Source of the DNA: a virus
Strand: one strand, 5' to 3'
DNA length: 64,000 nucleotides
IMG/VR virus record: IMGVR_UViG_3300050821_003315
The position numbers and the translations under genes are program-made. The notes beneath the pieces were generated by a model. It did no database searches, was not told the DNA's origin, and worked only from the letters and a program-made list of their open reading frames with translations. Shown here piece after piece: positions 49,701-57,719 of this stretch (its first letter is position 1; each line of letters begins with the position of its first letter).

Positions 49701-52235
49701 GTGGTGAATGGCCAGGTACAGCAGTCCTGCACCTACCGCAAGACCAGCCATTACGCCTAGGCCAATAGGTCCAAGTCCTGTGAAGGACGAGACCATGCCT
49801 AGTAGGCCCTTTCCTGCGCCCTTTGCCATACTGCCCAGGCGAGAAGTAACAGACGAACCTTCGTCTAGGGCCTTCCAAGCACCCTTAGTCTTGGTACCCA
49901 TGTTACTGAAGTTACCGATAAGGGAACCCAGGCCACCGCCCAGCTTCTGGAACTTACCCCGAGTATCTTCAGATGCCGCAGCCGCATCCTTAAGGCCCGC
50001 TTCGCCTTCCTTGGTGCGGTCGCTTAGGTTAGTCATGCTGGCGGAAAGGTTAGTCGCCTCCTCTGCGCCATTCTTCAGCTTTGCGCCCGCAGCGTTAGTA
50101 GCTGAAGCTAGGTTGTTGGTGGCCTCCGCAGCCTCACGCTCAGAATCAGCGAAGTCAGCTACCTTAGAACGAGCACTAGCAAATCCCTGAAGGAATCCTC
50201 CAAGTAGGCTCCGACCTACAGTTGCCAGCAACGTGACCAAGATACCCAGGTAAACTACCGCGCCGTGAAGCTTAAGGCCAAATCCAACAATTGCCTGGAA
50301 TAGCGGTGAACCTGTGATGTCTTCAACAATCTTAAGGAATGCTGTTCCAAGACCCAGCAGGATTTCAGCGTAGTGAGGCACTACCTTACCCAGGTTACCC
50401 AAGATTCCCAGGAAGTTACCGATAGCCGTGCCCAGCTCGTAGAACATCTTCGCGCCACCGGACAAGAAGTTGCCGAAGCCGTTCTTAAGCGCCACAGTGG
50501 CACGAGCACCGAGCTTGTCTACAAGCGGATTCATCTGCTTCAGGAAGCCAACGAATGCCCCGGAGCGAGCGTTGACCACGTTGATTGCGTCACCAAGAAG
50601 CTGCCATACCGCAGGACGAACAGCAGCCTGCATGTTGTCACTAAATAGCTTTGTCTCGCCCTTGAAGTTATTGAGAGACTTGCCTGTAGCAGCAACAGCC
50701 GTTCCCATGTTCTGGAATTGAGTTACAACCGACTTAATGTCAGGAGCTGCGGCTGCACCCCATGCTGCGAATGCGATAGTTGCAGGTACCCACACAGCGA
50801 TTACTTCAAAAATAGCGTCAGCAAGCAAGTGCCAACCGCTAACGAAGCTAAGCAGGTAAGTGTCAAGCTTATTGAACATGCCGCCGAACAAGGTGACGTG
50901 GCCCATGCCCTTCAGGAAGCCACCTACCGCGCCAGTCATCAAGTTAATACTGTTAGTACCATCCCGGCCAGCACCTGCTACGGTGTCTCCGAATCGCCCT
51001 ACTACACCTGTCAGGCCACTCATGTCAGCGAAGACGCTCTTAGTGCCCTGGTCCAGGGTGCCAAATTCGTGGGACGCCTTATTAACGACATTCTCAAGAG
51101 TCGCGAAATTATTTAGCAGGTTGCTAAGGCTAGCGTGCGGAGACAGGTTGGACATGCGCTCCTGAATAGCTAGAACACGCGCCATCAAATCGTCCAGGGC
51201 TACCTTAGCCTCAGAGTCACTAACGTTAGCTCGCAGGTTTAGCAGTAGCTGACGCATTCCTTCAGTCTGCGAGACTGTCTTAACTAGGAAGTTTTCCACG
51301 TCCTGGTCATTAATATCTGCCCGTAGCTTTAGCTTTTCCTGAAGAGCATTAATTAGCGTCTCTTCGCGAGTTAGTCCTTGCAGCAGCGGATTCATATCCA
51401 GCTTGATAACTACAGGCCGCGTCATGTCCTCCATCAGGAGGTCAGCTTCCTTGCGGGCTGCGGCTAGCTTAAGCAAGAACGGAGTTACGTCTCCGTCCAT
51501 AGGCATGTTCTTAAGCTGCTTTTGCAGGGTAGCTACTTGGGCAATAGATGTTGCGAACTTGCGCATCATTGATGCGTCGTCCACGTCCATCGCCATATCC
51601 TTAAGGTCGTCCTTAAGGGTGTTCGCCTCACCAATAGCCTTAGCAATCTGAGCCTGAAGCTTAGTGGCGTCTGCGCCTATGTGCAGGTTACGCAGGTCCT
51701 TGGAAAGGTCCTCGAACATACCACGAGCTTGAGCAAGCTTTGCCATCAGCGGAGCAACATCAGCATCTGCCTTGAGATTCTTAATTTGCTTTTCAAGGCC
51801 AGCGACGAATGAGCCAACCGCTCCCAGCTTCTTGAGAGCATTAGCGTCATCAATGTTAAGCTCAGCGCCGCGCATGATAGCTGCCTTGAGCTTGTCCAGA
51901 TAACCCTGCATCACAGCGACCTGACGGTCAGCCTGAGACATGTCCATATTAAACTTAACGGAGGGACGACCTAGCGCCTTTACGGCAGTTTCAAAGCGTG
52001 CTAGTTCGGCTACGGCTTCGGTCGTAACGAACTGGAGGCGCATTGCAGGATTAGCGGCCTTTACGGTAGCCATAATCTTGGCTACGGCGCTGTCTACTTG
52101 CTTAGTATTAGCGCCAATGTTAAGTTCGGGACGCAATCCTGCCATCTGCGCGCGAATCTTCGCGTCAAGCTGAGACCGGAAAGCGTCTGTAATCGGGACA
52201 ACAGCAACACCGGCTTCACCGAGTATCCGGGTCAC
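43785..52235 (-). CDS. Tape measure protein with tail-lysozyme, NlpC/P60 and SLT domains
   Basis: Ala/Gly-rich helical body; GESAGNP..GYGLIGWT..FERP; YRWGG...DCSSF..GHVG; ESSGNP.AINLWDSNA..G.PS.GLLQ. Confidence 0.93.
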   Translation of the reverse strand: MTRILGEAGVAVVPITDAFRSQLDAKIRAQMAGLRPELNIGANTKQVDSAVAKIMATVKAANPAMRLQFVTTEAVAELARFETAVKALGRPSVKFNMDMSQADRQVAVMQGYLDKLKAAIMRGAELNIDDANALKKLGAVGSFVAGLEKQIKNLKADADVAPLMAKLAQARGMFEDLSKDLRNLHIGADATKLQAQIAKAIGEANTLKDDLKDMAMDVDDASMMRKFATSIAQVATLQKQLKNMPMDGDVTPFLLKLAAARKEADLLMEDMTRPVVIKLDMNPLLQGLTREETLINALQEKLKLRADINDQDVENFLVKTVSQTEGMRQLLLNLRANVSDSEAKVALDDLMARVLAIQERMSNLSPHASLSNLLNNFATLENVVNKASHEFGTLDQGTKSVFADMSGLTGVVGRFGDTVAGAGRDGTNSINLMTGAVGGFLKGMGHVTLFGGMFNKLDTYLLSFVSGWHLLADAIFEVIAVWVPATIAFAAWGAAAAPDIKSVVTQFQNMGTAVAATGKSLNNFKGETKLFSDNMQAAVRPAVWQLLGDAINVVNARSGAFVGFLKQMNPLVDKLGARATVALKNGFGNFLSGGAKMFYELGTAIGNFLGILGNLGKVVPHYAEILLGLGTAFLKIVEDITGSPLFQAIVGFGLKLHGAVVYLGILVTLLATVGRSLLGGFLQGFASARSKVADFADSEREAAEATNNLASATNAAGAKLKNGAEEATNLSASMTNLSDRTKEGEAGLKDAAAASEDTRGKFQKLGGGLGSLIGNFSNMGTKTKGAWKALDEGSSVTSRLGSMAKGAGKGLLGMVSSFTGLGPIGLGVMAGLAVGAGLLYLAIHHVDNETQSWVKTQEDLAQNAPLADYLAAAKNSYNQISDRVNVAKAAIMNYAMTQTAAGRALRGTNVTFQQATNILQFQARYGRAAGESAGLLLQHYQDLKAGLDAMNGQMQAYNSGIAAVTKMTGSQTAAIGLLNAAGITTKQLITDQTAALHGNKGAWQQDMVMIQGTLVGFQAMSPAIGGAASAMNALTLSTSNTLGEVQKVTQAYSQFIQMVTGSAQQFAQFQQGMGTLATSLAPPGASAASGGAAGGAGGNTGTFTFANGKVSASQPITGSGGVIGGVTQAGAASLAAYVQQIQQAETLMNSLMTQAALAGNTPGANLASARAAKDTVAMLGNVPGVRGNPGATSMLGALAQTGGFTGSTTDFQAITKWAGNASNATGDLNKQMNLLTVASSNLNQDVARLSQTMNSQLLTAESNAIMAAENMGPKLENLAKATLAWVKAGSQVGGQGWGQMLKAAQPVAQAFLMQTHNVGMARQSLEAYLEQMGVSQATATKMADALIKNNAATNANAAANRTAALSMAQVAKATQINITSVTASRAAWVHFGESMGMSAQEATKLWGRLKENGLQGLLHQTAGTRTEFEKLARQFGISKTQADALWNKFHDGSLDMLKNKAAGTLGAFMKLAHQFGVTASSAVVLWERAHQQQFDMLSGKSRITVGQLQSLAHQFGVSGTQAQTLWAVMHRQYLDALSGKAGITHSQLGRLADTLGLNRTQANALWSMLRRQYLDTLTNKANVSYSAFIRLAKGFGITNTAAAQMWAQSRQQQFDMLSNKSRVTNSQLQKLAHQFGVNTGAASQLWSMMRQQYLDALTGKTGVSKSAFDAWARSAHISTGEANTLWNMLHQQYFDTLTAKASRNKSQFDALSNAWHVSTVKADALWRTLQQQYLDQITHKATMSHQAFNTLAQKLGYSKTEADAMWNSLKRMSGNYGVHVHTNVDGGGKVGAEVTVSAAIANTMKAAGNLGSSVLKSLGLAQGGLVPSHFAGGGSVPGWGNHDSVPAMLMPGELVIPKNHAAEFATQAKRKGIPGFASGGIVGATTSPVAGSGGLLTTQTGGNVAEMPVEGSQLLTIPAKLSGELAKLGPMVTSELVSSIQAVQSAIMMAGSSGAIPGGVVSGNAMANLNQIGRYLMSQGASAAAAAGIASVVYGESAGNPESVGSGGYGLIGWTGNNIGLPAGYHGPTGNASRDLAVQMAGIVGYGKANGPWGQLMKMTDPVAAGDLWSSAFERPAVHLSDTRPGLATQLYASLRGFKGMGPIAPGAAGVSSAPAAGSSRILSDAERYVGHPYRWGGASNPTTGWDCSSFASWVLGHDLGLALPGGSWSSVTGGGKSHGPTASSFTSLPGAHPVGSNPSQIMPGDVLVWPGHVGFGVGPNKMFSAYGTNSGTIFSNAQAAGNLTIMRYGAGAQFGGGAVMPGPQSNVGAFTFKFGEGGLVGDAGAGGSKTAAAAAAKAKHAPAHKPAPHFKKKPTEAQDINAYNNLLKQVVHYYDEALVLADASTKQATTKAPTAAQKAADIAAANKFTSEADARSTKTAKDRSILNKANKLTAQAHAFSHTAAERKKLLAVANNDAFASTHANIKPAAKKALMHEAALLTAEANRPKYSKNQQEKLLHQAAVDRSQVSYSHTGAQRKHLLAEAAHERAATHTKTGSIAKAQHYLALAEAADKKMAILDHKDNGRLSKLIAPSKLKTLMADAQELSDLGILGDDPLLKTMRAYTGVVSNPKLKTALKTASGSTHSDILAQVAAANAAAGPIKGVNTALGKNVTRWAPDVSKVLAMEGEPQSLLNQVLFQISTESSGNPSAINLWDSNAKAGHPSQGLLQVIPSTFKSFHWPGTSSNIDDPMANIAAAINYAKHKYGDRLMTNGMGLGSGRGYALGGIIPEPVFGIGASGKRYSFGERGPERILPGTTPNGGGAGGPGMTTYQANTMLQLLGQLVTINRQQPQQMAQAQSRGAGHSAMSGFTQLGR
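46930..48080 (-). repeat. About 40-aa (120-bp) tandem repeat inside TMP
   Basis: (F/L)G.....A..LW....QQ(Y/F)(L/F)D.L..K repeated about 10 times; GTCGAACTGCTGCTG recurs 360 bp apart (47391, 47751). Confidence 0.85.
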
Positions 52236-52267
52236 TATACACCTCCGGGCGGGAATTTAACGTCTAT

Positions 52268-52627
52268 TTACAGTATCACAGGGTCCAATGCCAGAGTTAG
52301 GAAAGGATATCTCCTGTGCATTTGAATAGCTGGGCGCTCCAAGAATATGGAAGGGTTTGCCAAAGCATTAACCCCAGCGAAAGGTTTGCCCGCATCATCG
52401 TAACCCCACACGGAGTGCACTGATGCGCGTGTAGTACCCGGAGGCCGCACAGCATTAGACCTAGCTGTCCAGTAATTCCGGCCCTTCATGACGGGTGCGG
52501 CAGCCTTTGCGATAATTGTCATACGCTGGCTCATGTCATACATGTAGCGGCCCACAGGACCATCAGCCTCAGAAAGGAGAAATTCAATAGCCGCATCGTC
52601 AAGCTTTAGCGATACAAAATCCGCCAT
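52268..52627 (-). CDS. Tail completion / HK97 gp10-like protein
   Basis: GPVGR...AK..APV...G..RAS...PFL..AL pattern; AGGAGG SD. Confidence 0.55.
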   Translation of the reverse strand: MADFVSLKLDDAAIEFLLSEADGPVGRYMYDMSQRMTIIAKAAAPVMKGRNYWTARSNAVRPPGTTRASVHSVWGYDDAGKPFAGVNALANPSIFLERPAIQMHRRYPFLTLALDPVIL

Positions 52628-52643
52628 TGAATTCCTCCTTTTC

Positions 52644-53401
52644 TTATGAGCGTCCGGACCCCATGAAGTTTCCGGGAATTTCTTCATCCTTGTCAGCGTA
52701 CATCCACGCGTTATTCATCATAGCCTGCATTTGCGGGCTGACTTCAACGTTTTCCGTATCAATACCCTGAACCTTTTGCCAGTGCTGTAGAGCCTGACGG
52801 GCTTCCTCTTCCTTGTCCGTCTCCATGCCTATCTTCTCAAGCATGACCATGTACTCGTCACCTTCAACAAGATGGCCACACTCATTACGGAAGTTATCTT
52901 GGATAATGCTGAATACTATGTTGCAGACTTCGCGCGGCGTGAACGAGGCGACGCCTTTACCGTGCTTACGGAGGAGTTCTCCGTCGATTCTGCGGAAGTT
53001 GACGGCGGTGTATCCGAGGAAGAACCGGGCCGCTCGGTAGGGTTTCCCGTAATAGCCTCCATGCAGACATTCACGAAGTCCAGGACTTCTTCTGCATCCG
53101 ACTTAATGCGAGTAGCGTGCTTAACCCAGGCAGGGAATTCAGGGGCGTCAACCATGTCCTGGAGGATTGCCCACATCGCGCCCATAGCGCCCGAGTCGTC
53201 TGTGCTAAGGTCAGCAGCGGCTGCCCAGCGCATGAGGGGAATGATGCCGATTTCGTCGGCAAGCCTATACTCCACGCCGTCAAATTCAACGAACTTGGAA
53301 CCATCGCGTGCAAACGCGGCAGGCTTGCCCTTAGCTCGCGCTTCCTTTTCAGCGGACGCAAGCTGAAGTTGAGTAAGCTCGTTCTCTTCCGTAGAAGCCA
53401 C
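52644..53401 (-). CDS. Tail assembly chaperone GT (-1 frameshift product)
   Basis: -1 shift at G GGA AAC gives ...GKPYRAARFFLGYT... open into the 52644..52850 ORF. Confidence 0.85.
52916..53401 (-). CDS. Tail assembly chaperone G
   Basis: Downstream of the major tail gene; ends ..EAITGNPT + Ser-rich tail. Confidence 0.85.
   Translation of the reverse strand: MASTEENELTQLQLASAEKEARAKGKPAAFARDGSKFVEFDGVEYRLADEIGIIPLMRWAAAADLSTDDSGAMGAMWAILQDMVDAPEFPAWVKHATRIKSDAEEVLDFVNVCMEAITGNPTERPGSSSDTPPSTSAESTENSSVSTVKASPRSRRAKSAT
53042..53048 (-). promoter_or_regulatory. Programmed -1 ribosomal frameshift site GGGAAAC
   Basis: X XXY YYZ heptamer in the correct phase. Confidence 0.85.
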
Positions 53402-53510
53402 TTTAATTTCTCCGAATCATGAAGTACTGGACGTGTCACAGCTTAGTCGGTAGTAGGCTGTTCGTGTCACAATCGGAGAAGAATTCTGCAAAGCTATTTC
53501 GTGGGTGACT

Positions 53511-53551
53511 AAATACAGCCCCAGAGTCGTGTGGCGCGACTCTGGGGCTGT
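53511..53551 (-). terminator. Terminator after the major tail gene
   Basis: 15-bp stem ACAGCCCCAGAGTCG/CGACTCTGGGGCTGT followed by ATTT. Confidence 0.75.
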
Positions 53552-53562
53552 TTGTCTCAGGA

Positions 53563-53997
53563 TTAGGTACCGGAAACGCCAGATACCGGGTAACGCTGTA
53601 CGATGGACGCGGCATTCCAGGTGGACTTCATGGTCACAGCCGCTGCCACGCCGCCAGTTACGGCGAAGTCAGGCAGGATGGTACCGAAGAAGTACTGACC
53701 AGGGTTAGCGCCCTGAACACCGATGGTGCTCGGGTACAGGTAGAAGTTACGCGGCTGACCGTCCTTCGCAGCAATGTAGGTCTGCGCGGTTGCGGTGTCG
53801 TAGAAGCCGCTGAAGTCACCAGAAGCGTCCGGAAGACCGGATACCCAGATGAGGTTGGAGTCGCCAAGTGCCGTCACATCGACCTTGGCAACAGTGAAGT
53901 TAATTGTCCAGTCGGACACAAATGCCATGGGAGATGCAGCATCGGCGGGGTTTACACCGAGGTACACAATCCCATTTCGGCCGTGAATACGCGACAC
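53563..53997 (-). CDS. Major tail (tube) protein
   Basis: HGRNG.VY, W.I....VDVTALGD.....V.GLPD.SG.FSGFYD; upstream of TAC. Confidence 0.85.
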   Translation of the reverse strand: MSRIHGRNGIVYLGVNPADAASPMAFVSDWTINFTVAKVDVTALGDSNLIWVSGLPDASGDFSGFYDTATAQTYIAAKDGQPRNFYLYPSTIGVQGANPGQYFFGTILPDFAVTGGVAAAVTMKSTWNAASIVQRYPVSGVSGT

Positions 53998-54110
53998 GGG
54001 GTCACCCTCTCGTAACTAGGTACGTTCAGATGGGCCTCGTGAGCATCCGGCGGACACGGCTCCCTCAGATTTAAGGGTAAGGGAAAAACTCTCCTCGCGC
54101 TACCCCAATT

Positions 54111-54272
54111 CTACAAGCGACCCGGCTTAGCTTGACTTTCTTTATCTTGAGTAACCTTAGAAATACCCTCTAGGTAGCTTTCAGCACATTCTTGAGAGCA
54201 AAGGTCCACCTCTTCGTGGACCCCTCGCCAATAAGTGCCGCACTGAGCGCACTCAAGCCAGTCCTTGTGCAT
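54111..54272 (-). CDS. 53-aa Zn-binding protein
   Basis: Not in track; CAQC...CSQEC; TAATG-coupled to the GT gene. Confidence 0.55.
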   Translation of the reverse strand: MHKDWLECAQCGTYWRGVHEEVDLCSQECAESYLEGISKVTQDKESQAKPGRL

Positions 54273-55354
54273 TAGAAGAAGCCTAGATTATCCATTTCGT
54301 TCATCAGCCACTGCCCGTGAGCATCAAAATTCCGGTCAGCAATAGCTTCTCGCGCCTGGTTGCCCAACCCTACTCGCCTGTCTTCGTCAGCCAGTAGCCA
54401 GCGGAGCTTTTCTGTGGCGTCATCAGGGGTTGTGAAGGTAGGCAGGAACGGGAAAGTCTCGTCGCTTTCAGCCCTAGGGTCACGCAGGAACGGTAGTCCG
54501 CAAGCGGCCATTTCTACTTCCCTAGGACCCATGGCCCAGCCATCGTAGTTGTTGTGGCTTTCCCCTTCACGACGATAAAGGTTAATTCCTGCACGAGAAC
54601 CCCGGTATACCCGAGCTGTCTCCGCGTTCTCCACACAGTGGTCAGGGTCGTGGCTCAAGAATTTCCTCAAGGGTGACTCAGAATCCATGGTGTCCCAGGC
54701 ACTACCGCCTAGAGCTACATCCATGCCTGTGAAGTCCATGCGCTCCAGAAACTTAATCCTTGAGGGGAATGCGGTTCCCACAAAAGCGAAGTCAGACGGG
54801 TCCTCGTGCGCCTCGCCAGCGGGCTGCGGATAGTGAACAAGAGGGTGGTAGGCGTGAGGAACATAGTAAGCGGGGGCTTCCAGAGTCCGCCACTCGGCCA
54901 AGTTCATGGGGTCATTGACGAGGTTAAGGTCAGCGAATTGTCCTCGGAGATATTGTTCTCCGTCTTGGTAGGGCGACTCCGTGTGAATCAATACTACCTT
55001 GCGGCCTCGTAGGCGCATTAGCTCGAACATGCCAGCCGTCGTGTAAAAAGCTGACACGAATATCATGACATCAGGCATGAAGGTCCACACCGCGTGAGAA
55101 AGACCCTGCATGGTTAGCAGCATTGCCTGCTCGTTGTCCAGCGCTGTCTTCACTCTAAACTGGTCACAAGTAGGACACGGCCTCTGGTAGTCCCAATCAC
55201 GAAGCTGAGCCTGCGCATAGAACGACAAGCGGTCATTAGTGTTGTAAGTCGCTACGACCGCCCCTTGACGTTCTAGGCCATACTTCCAGCCATTGAAAAC
55301 GTCAGCTACGGAAAAGTCTGGCCCAGGATGAACCAGTAGAATACGCGGTGCCAC
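54272..55354 (-). CDS. GT-B glycosyltransferase (CgeB/YkvP-like)
   Basis: TESPY, DFAFVGT.F.SR, Y.GSR.GIN, R..E.AACG, W.L.....R...G..AR. Confidence 0.85.
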   Translation of the reverse strand: MAPRILLVHPGPDFSVADVFNGWKYGLERQGAVVATYNTNDRLSFYAQAQLRDWDYQRPCPTCDQFRVKTALDNEQAMLLTMQGLSHAVWTFMPDVMIFVSAFYTTAGMFELMRLRGRKVVLIHTESPYQDGEQYLRGQFADLNLVNDPMNLAEWRTLEAPAYYVPHAYHPLVHYPQPAGEAHEDPSDFAFVGTAFPSRIKFLERMDFTGMDVALGGSAWDTMDSESPLRKFLSHDPDHCVENAETARVYRGSRAGINLYRREGESHNNYDGWAMGPREVEMAACGLPFLRDPRAESDETFPFLPTFTTPDDATEKLRWLLADEDRRVGLGNQAREAIADRNFDAHGQWLMNEMDNLGFF

Positions 55355-55370
55355 TATCCGCTACCTCTCT

Positions 55371-55829
55371 TTACGCCATTATCTGAACTTCAAGGCGAGC
55401 ACCGAAGTACTCCACACCACCGTAGGGAAGCCTACCATAATGCCCGACTTGAATAGGCACAGTGCTCATAACTATGCCGCCTAGCGTGGGGTCCATCTGA
55501 ATGGCCATAGGTACGGAAATCTGGTCAGCCGCAGTACCTAGGTCAAGAAAAGCGTCCAGTTGCTGCTGCTCGCGGTCAGCCGTTGAGCTGTCTGACACCA
55601 GAATTAGTACGCAAAGATTAACACAAACGCCAAATTGCATTTGCCCAAGGTCGTTGAAGGTGTCAGCAAAGGTATCGCCGTACTTGATGTAGGGACTGCC
55701 AGGCAGAATTAGTGCTACAGGCCCTACTCCCTGGTCCAGTGGTTCAGCTTGCGCTCGTAGCTGCGGGTTTACGCAGTACGTCTGAATCTGGTTAGCTAGC
55801 GCTTGGCGGATTTGAGTCAGTGTTGCCAC
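55371..55829 (-). CDS. Tail terminator-like protein
   Basis: L.QIR.ALA, SV..AI..DPTLGG.V, YFGA.L.V. Confidence 0.7.
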   Translation of the reverse strand: MATLTQIRQALANQIQTYCVNPQLRAQAEPLDQGVGPVALILPGSPYIKYGDTFADTFNDLGQMQFGVCVNLCVLILVSDSSTADREQQQLDAFLDLGTAADQISVPMAIQMDPTLGGIVMSTVPIQVGHYGRLPYGGVEYFGARLEVQIMA

Positions 55830-56355
55830 GTTGTATCTCCTCTCCAAGTACTGCTGTCATAGGTGCGGGTGGCGCAGTGGCTATAGCTGATTTAACGTTA
55901 ATGGCGCGCAAGATAGCGTGAACATCACTTTGCAGGTCTTCAAGCAAAGCCGTGGCTTCTTTAATCTGCGCTGTCATATCGTTGTTCTCAGTAAGAAGCT
56001 CGTCCATCTTAGAAGTTTCCGTGTAATGCGCGATAGATTGTTCTGCGGCTACACGGTCAGCTCTCTTAGCTGCGATAAGGATTAGTGCTCCTTGCAGGCC
56101 AGCCATCATGGATAGTGACAAGTTCAGTAGGATGTAAGGGTAGTGGTCAAATCCGCCATGAAGCACGACGGTGTTCAACAGCATCCATATTGCCATGAAC
56201 CCTAGGAAACTGCCAACGAAAGCCCAGGAGCCAAAGGCGTTACGCATAATGTCAGCAGCGCGTTCACCGAAGGTTAGCTGGTTGTCAGTGCGCACATGAG
56301 GGTGCATTCTCCACAGCCCCCGTCCGGTGTAAATACCTTTACCATCGCTACTCAT
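55792..56355 (-). CDS. DUF1003-like membrane protein
   Basis: LTFGERAAD...FGSW.F, FD.YPYILLNL.LS..A.LQ..LIL. Confidence 0.85.
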   Translation of the reverse strand: MSSDGKGIYTGRGLWRMHPHVRTDNQLTFGERAADIMRNAFGSWAFVGSFLGFMAIWMLLNTVVLHGGFDHYPYILLNLSLSMMAGLQGALILIAAKRADRVAAEQSIAHYTETSKMDELLTENNDMTAQIKEATALLEDLQSDVHAILRAINVKSAIATAPPAPMTAVLGEEIQRGNTDSNPPSAS

Positions 56356-56581
56356 ACTCTGCCTCGTCAGTACCATTCACCATGATGGCCAGGAACCACG
56401 ACTTAACCATGTCGTAAGCTCGGTGCTCCGGAAAACCAGCATCCTGCAACTTGTGATAAAACGTGGCCAGGGCAACGCACGTGGAGTCCTGAGGGTCCAT
56501 CTCACCCATAATGCCCGCCATCAGGTTCTCGGCAATCTGGTTGACTTCCTCAGGGCTTAGCTCGTTGTCGTCATCTGCCAT
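56348..56581 (-). CDS. Hypothetical protein
   Basis: L..AGF....A motif; coupled ORF. Confidence 0.6.
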   Translation of the reverse strand: MADDDNELSPEEVNQIAENLMAGIMGEMDPQDSTCVALATFYHKLQDAGFPEHRAYDMVKSWFLAIMVNGTDEAEYE

Positions 56582-57456
56582 TTCAATGCCCAAGCTTCCT
56601 CTACGTGGTCAGGTACAGGGTAAGATTCACCCCAGGAAGCCATCTTACCATCAGGTAGCAATAGCGCTACATGGTCGCCGTTGTCGGTAGGAAACGAGAT
56701 AAGCAGTGCTCCTTCAAGGGGTTCGCCTATTTCCAGCTGTGTATGAGTCTCAAGCTTAACGTTATCCCAAAGCTCGCCGGACGTAGCGGCTTCCAGAGTT
56801 TGCTCAACGTCTTCCCCGCCACCCGCAGCGTGAAGCATCCACACTTGTTCATCCGTTAGGCGCAATCCTGTACTAATCCACAGGTGGTTAGCTATGGCGA
56901 CCGCTATACAGCAGTCATACTTTTCGTCATTGCCTGCGGTAATCCACGGGCCTTCGGACTTCTTGACGCCCACGGCAGTCTTAGGGCTTGACGGCACTGC
57001 GGCTGCTGCGTTAGCTCCTGCCGCTATCTGAGCCGCAGACCTAGCTTTTGTGCGTGCATAGAACGCAGCACTCCCTGTCTGCCGCTGCATGCTCTTAGAC
57101 AACCCCCCACGCTTTCCCTGAGCAGCACTGGCATTAATAGCCATAGAACGTACTGCGGCTTTATTAGCCGCTGCTCTTTCAGCGCTAGCAAATTGGGCAG
57201 CGCTTAGACGACCGCCTACTACTTGAGTTCCGGCATTACCTTGAACAGATGCAGGCTGAGGTGCTGTGCCTGGCGGAAAAGGAGCTACCTTACCGACTTG
57301 TTGCCCTAGCTGTTGCAAGAACTTACGATTGGCAGCCTGGTTGTAAGCTTTCATTTGGGACGTGCTGTAGGCAGGTAGCGCATTAGGCGCTTTTTGCGCA
57401 GCAGTCTTCTTAGGCGCAACGAAAGGAGTCTTGGATACTCCTGCTTTAGCTGCCAC
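56557..57456 (-). CDS. Lys/Ala-rich N-terminus plus papain-like C-terminal domain
   Basis: GND..YDCC.A.AIANH, DHVAL, ASWG, VEEAW parallel the motifs of 11389..12165. Confidence 0.55.
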   Translation of the reverse strand: MAAKAGVSKTPFVAPKKTAAQKAPNALPAYSTSQMKAYNQAANRKFLQQLGQQVGKVAPFPPGTAPQPASVQGNAGTQVVGGRLSAAQFASAERAAANKAAVRSMAINASAAQGKRGGLSKSMQRQTGSAAFYARTKARSAAQIAAGANAAAAVPSSPKTAVGVKKSEGPWITAGNDEKYDCCIAVAIANHLWISTGLRLTDEQVWMLHAAGGGEDVEQTLEAATSGELWDNVKLETHTQLEIGEPLEGALLISFPTDNGDHVALLLPDGKMASWGESYPVPDHVEEAWALKWQMTTTS

Positions 57457-57710
57457 TAGTCCTCCAAGTGCACGGTTTCGGGTCCCGAACTGGCAAAGCC
57501 GAACGGCATACGAGCTGGTAGCTCATTAACTCCTGCGTGCTCAAAGGGAGGGTAGGCCCGTTCTGCACTAGCGTGAGGCACTGAATGCGGGTCATGAGCC
57601 AAATGCTCTACCTCTTCGCCTTCCTCAAGCTCAACCTCCTCGTCTTCTACCTTTCGGTACGCGGAAGCCATCTCAAAACGCCGACCAAACATCTCAAGGA
57701 CGATATGCAT
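57456..57710 (-). CDS. Hypothetical protein
   Basis: Leaderless TAGGAT-N6-ATG. Confidence 0.6.
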   Translation of the reverse strand: MHIVLEMFGRRFEMASAYRKVEDEEVELEEGEEVEHLAHDPHSVPHASAERAYPPFEHAGVNELPARMPFGFASSGPETVHLED

Positions 57711-57719
57711 GGCCTAATC

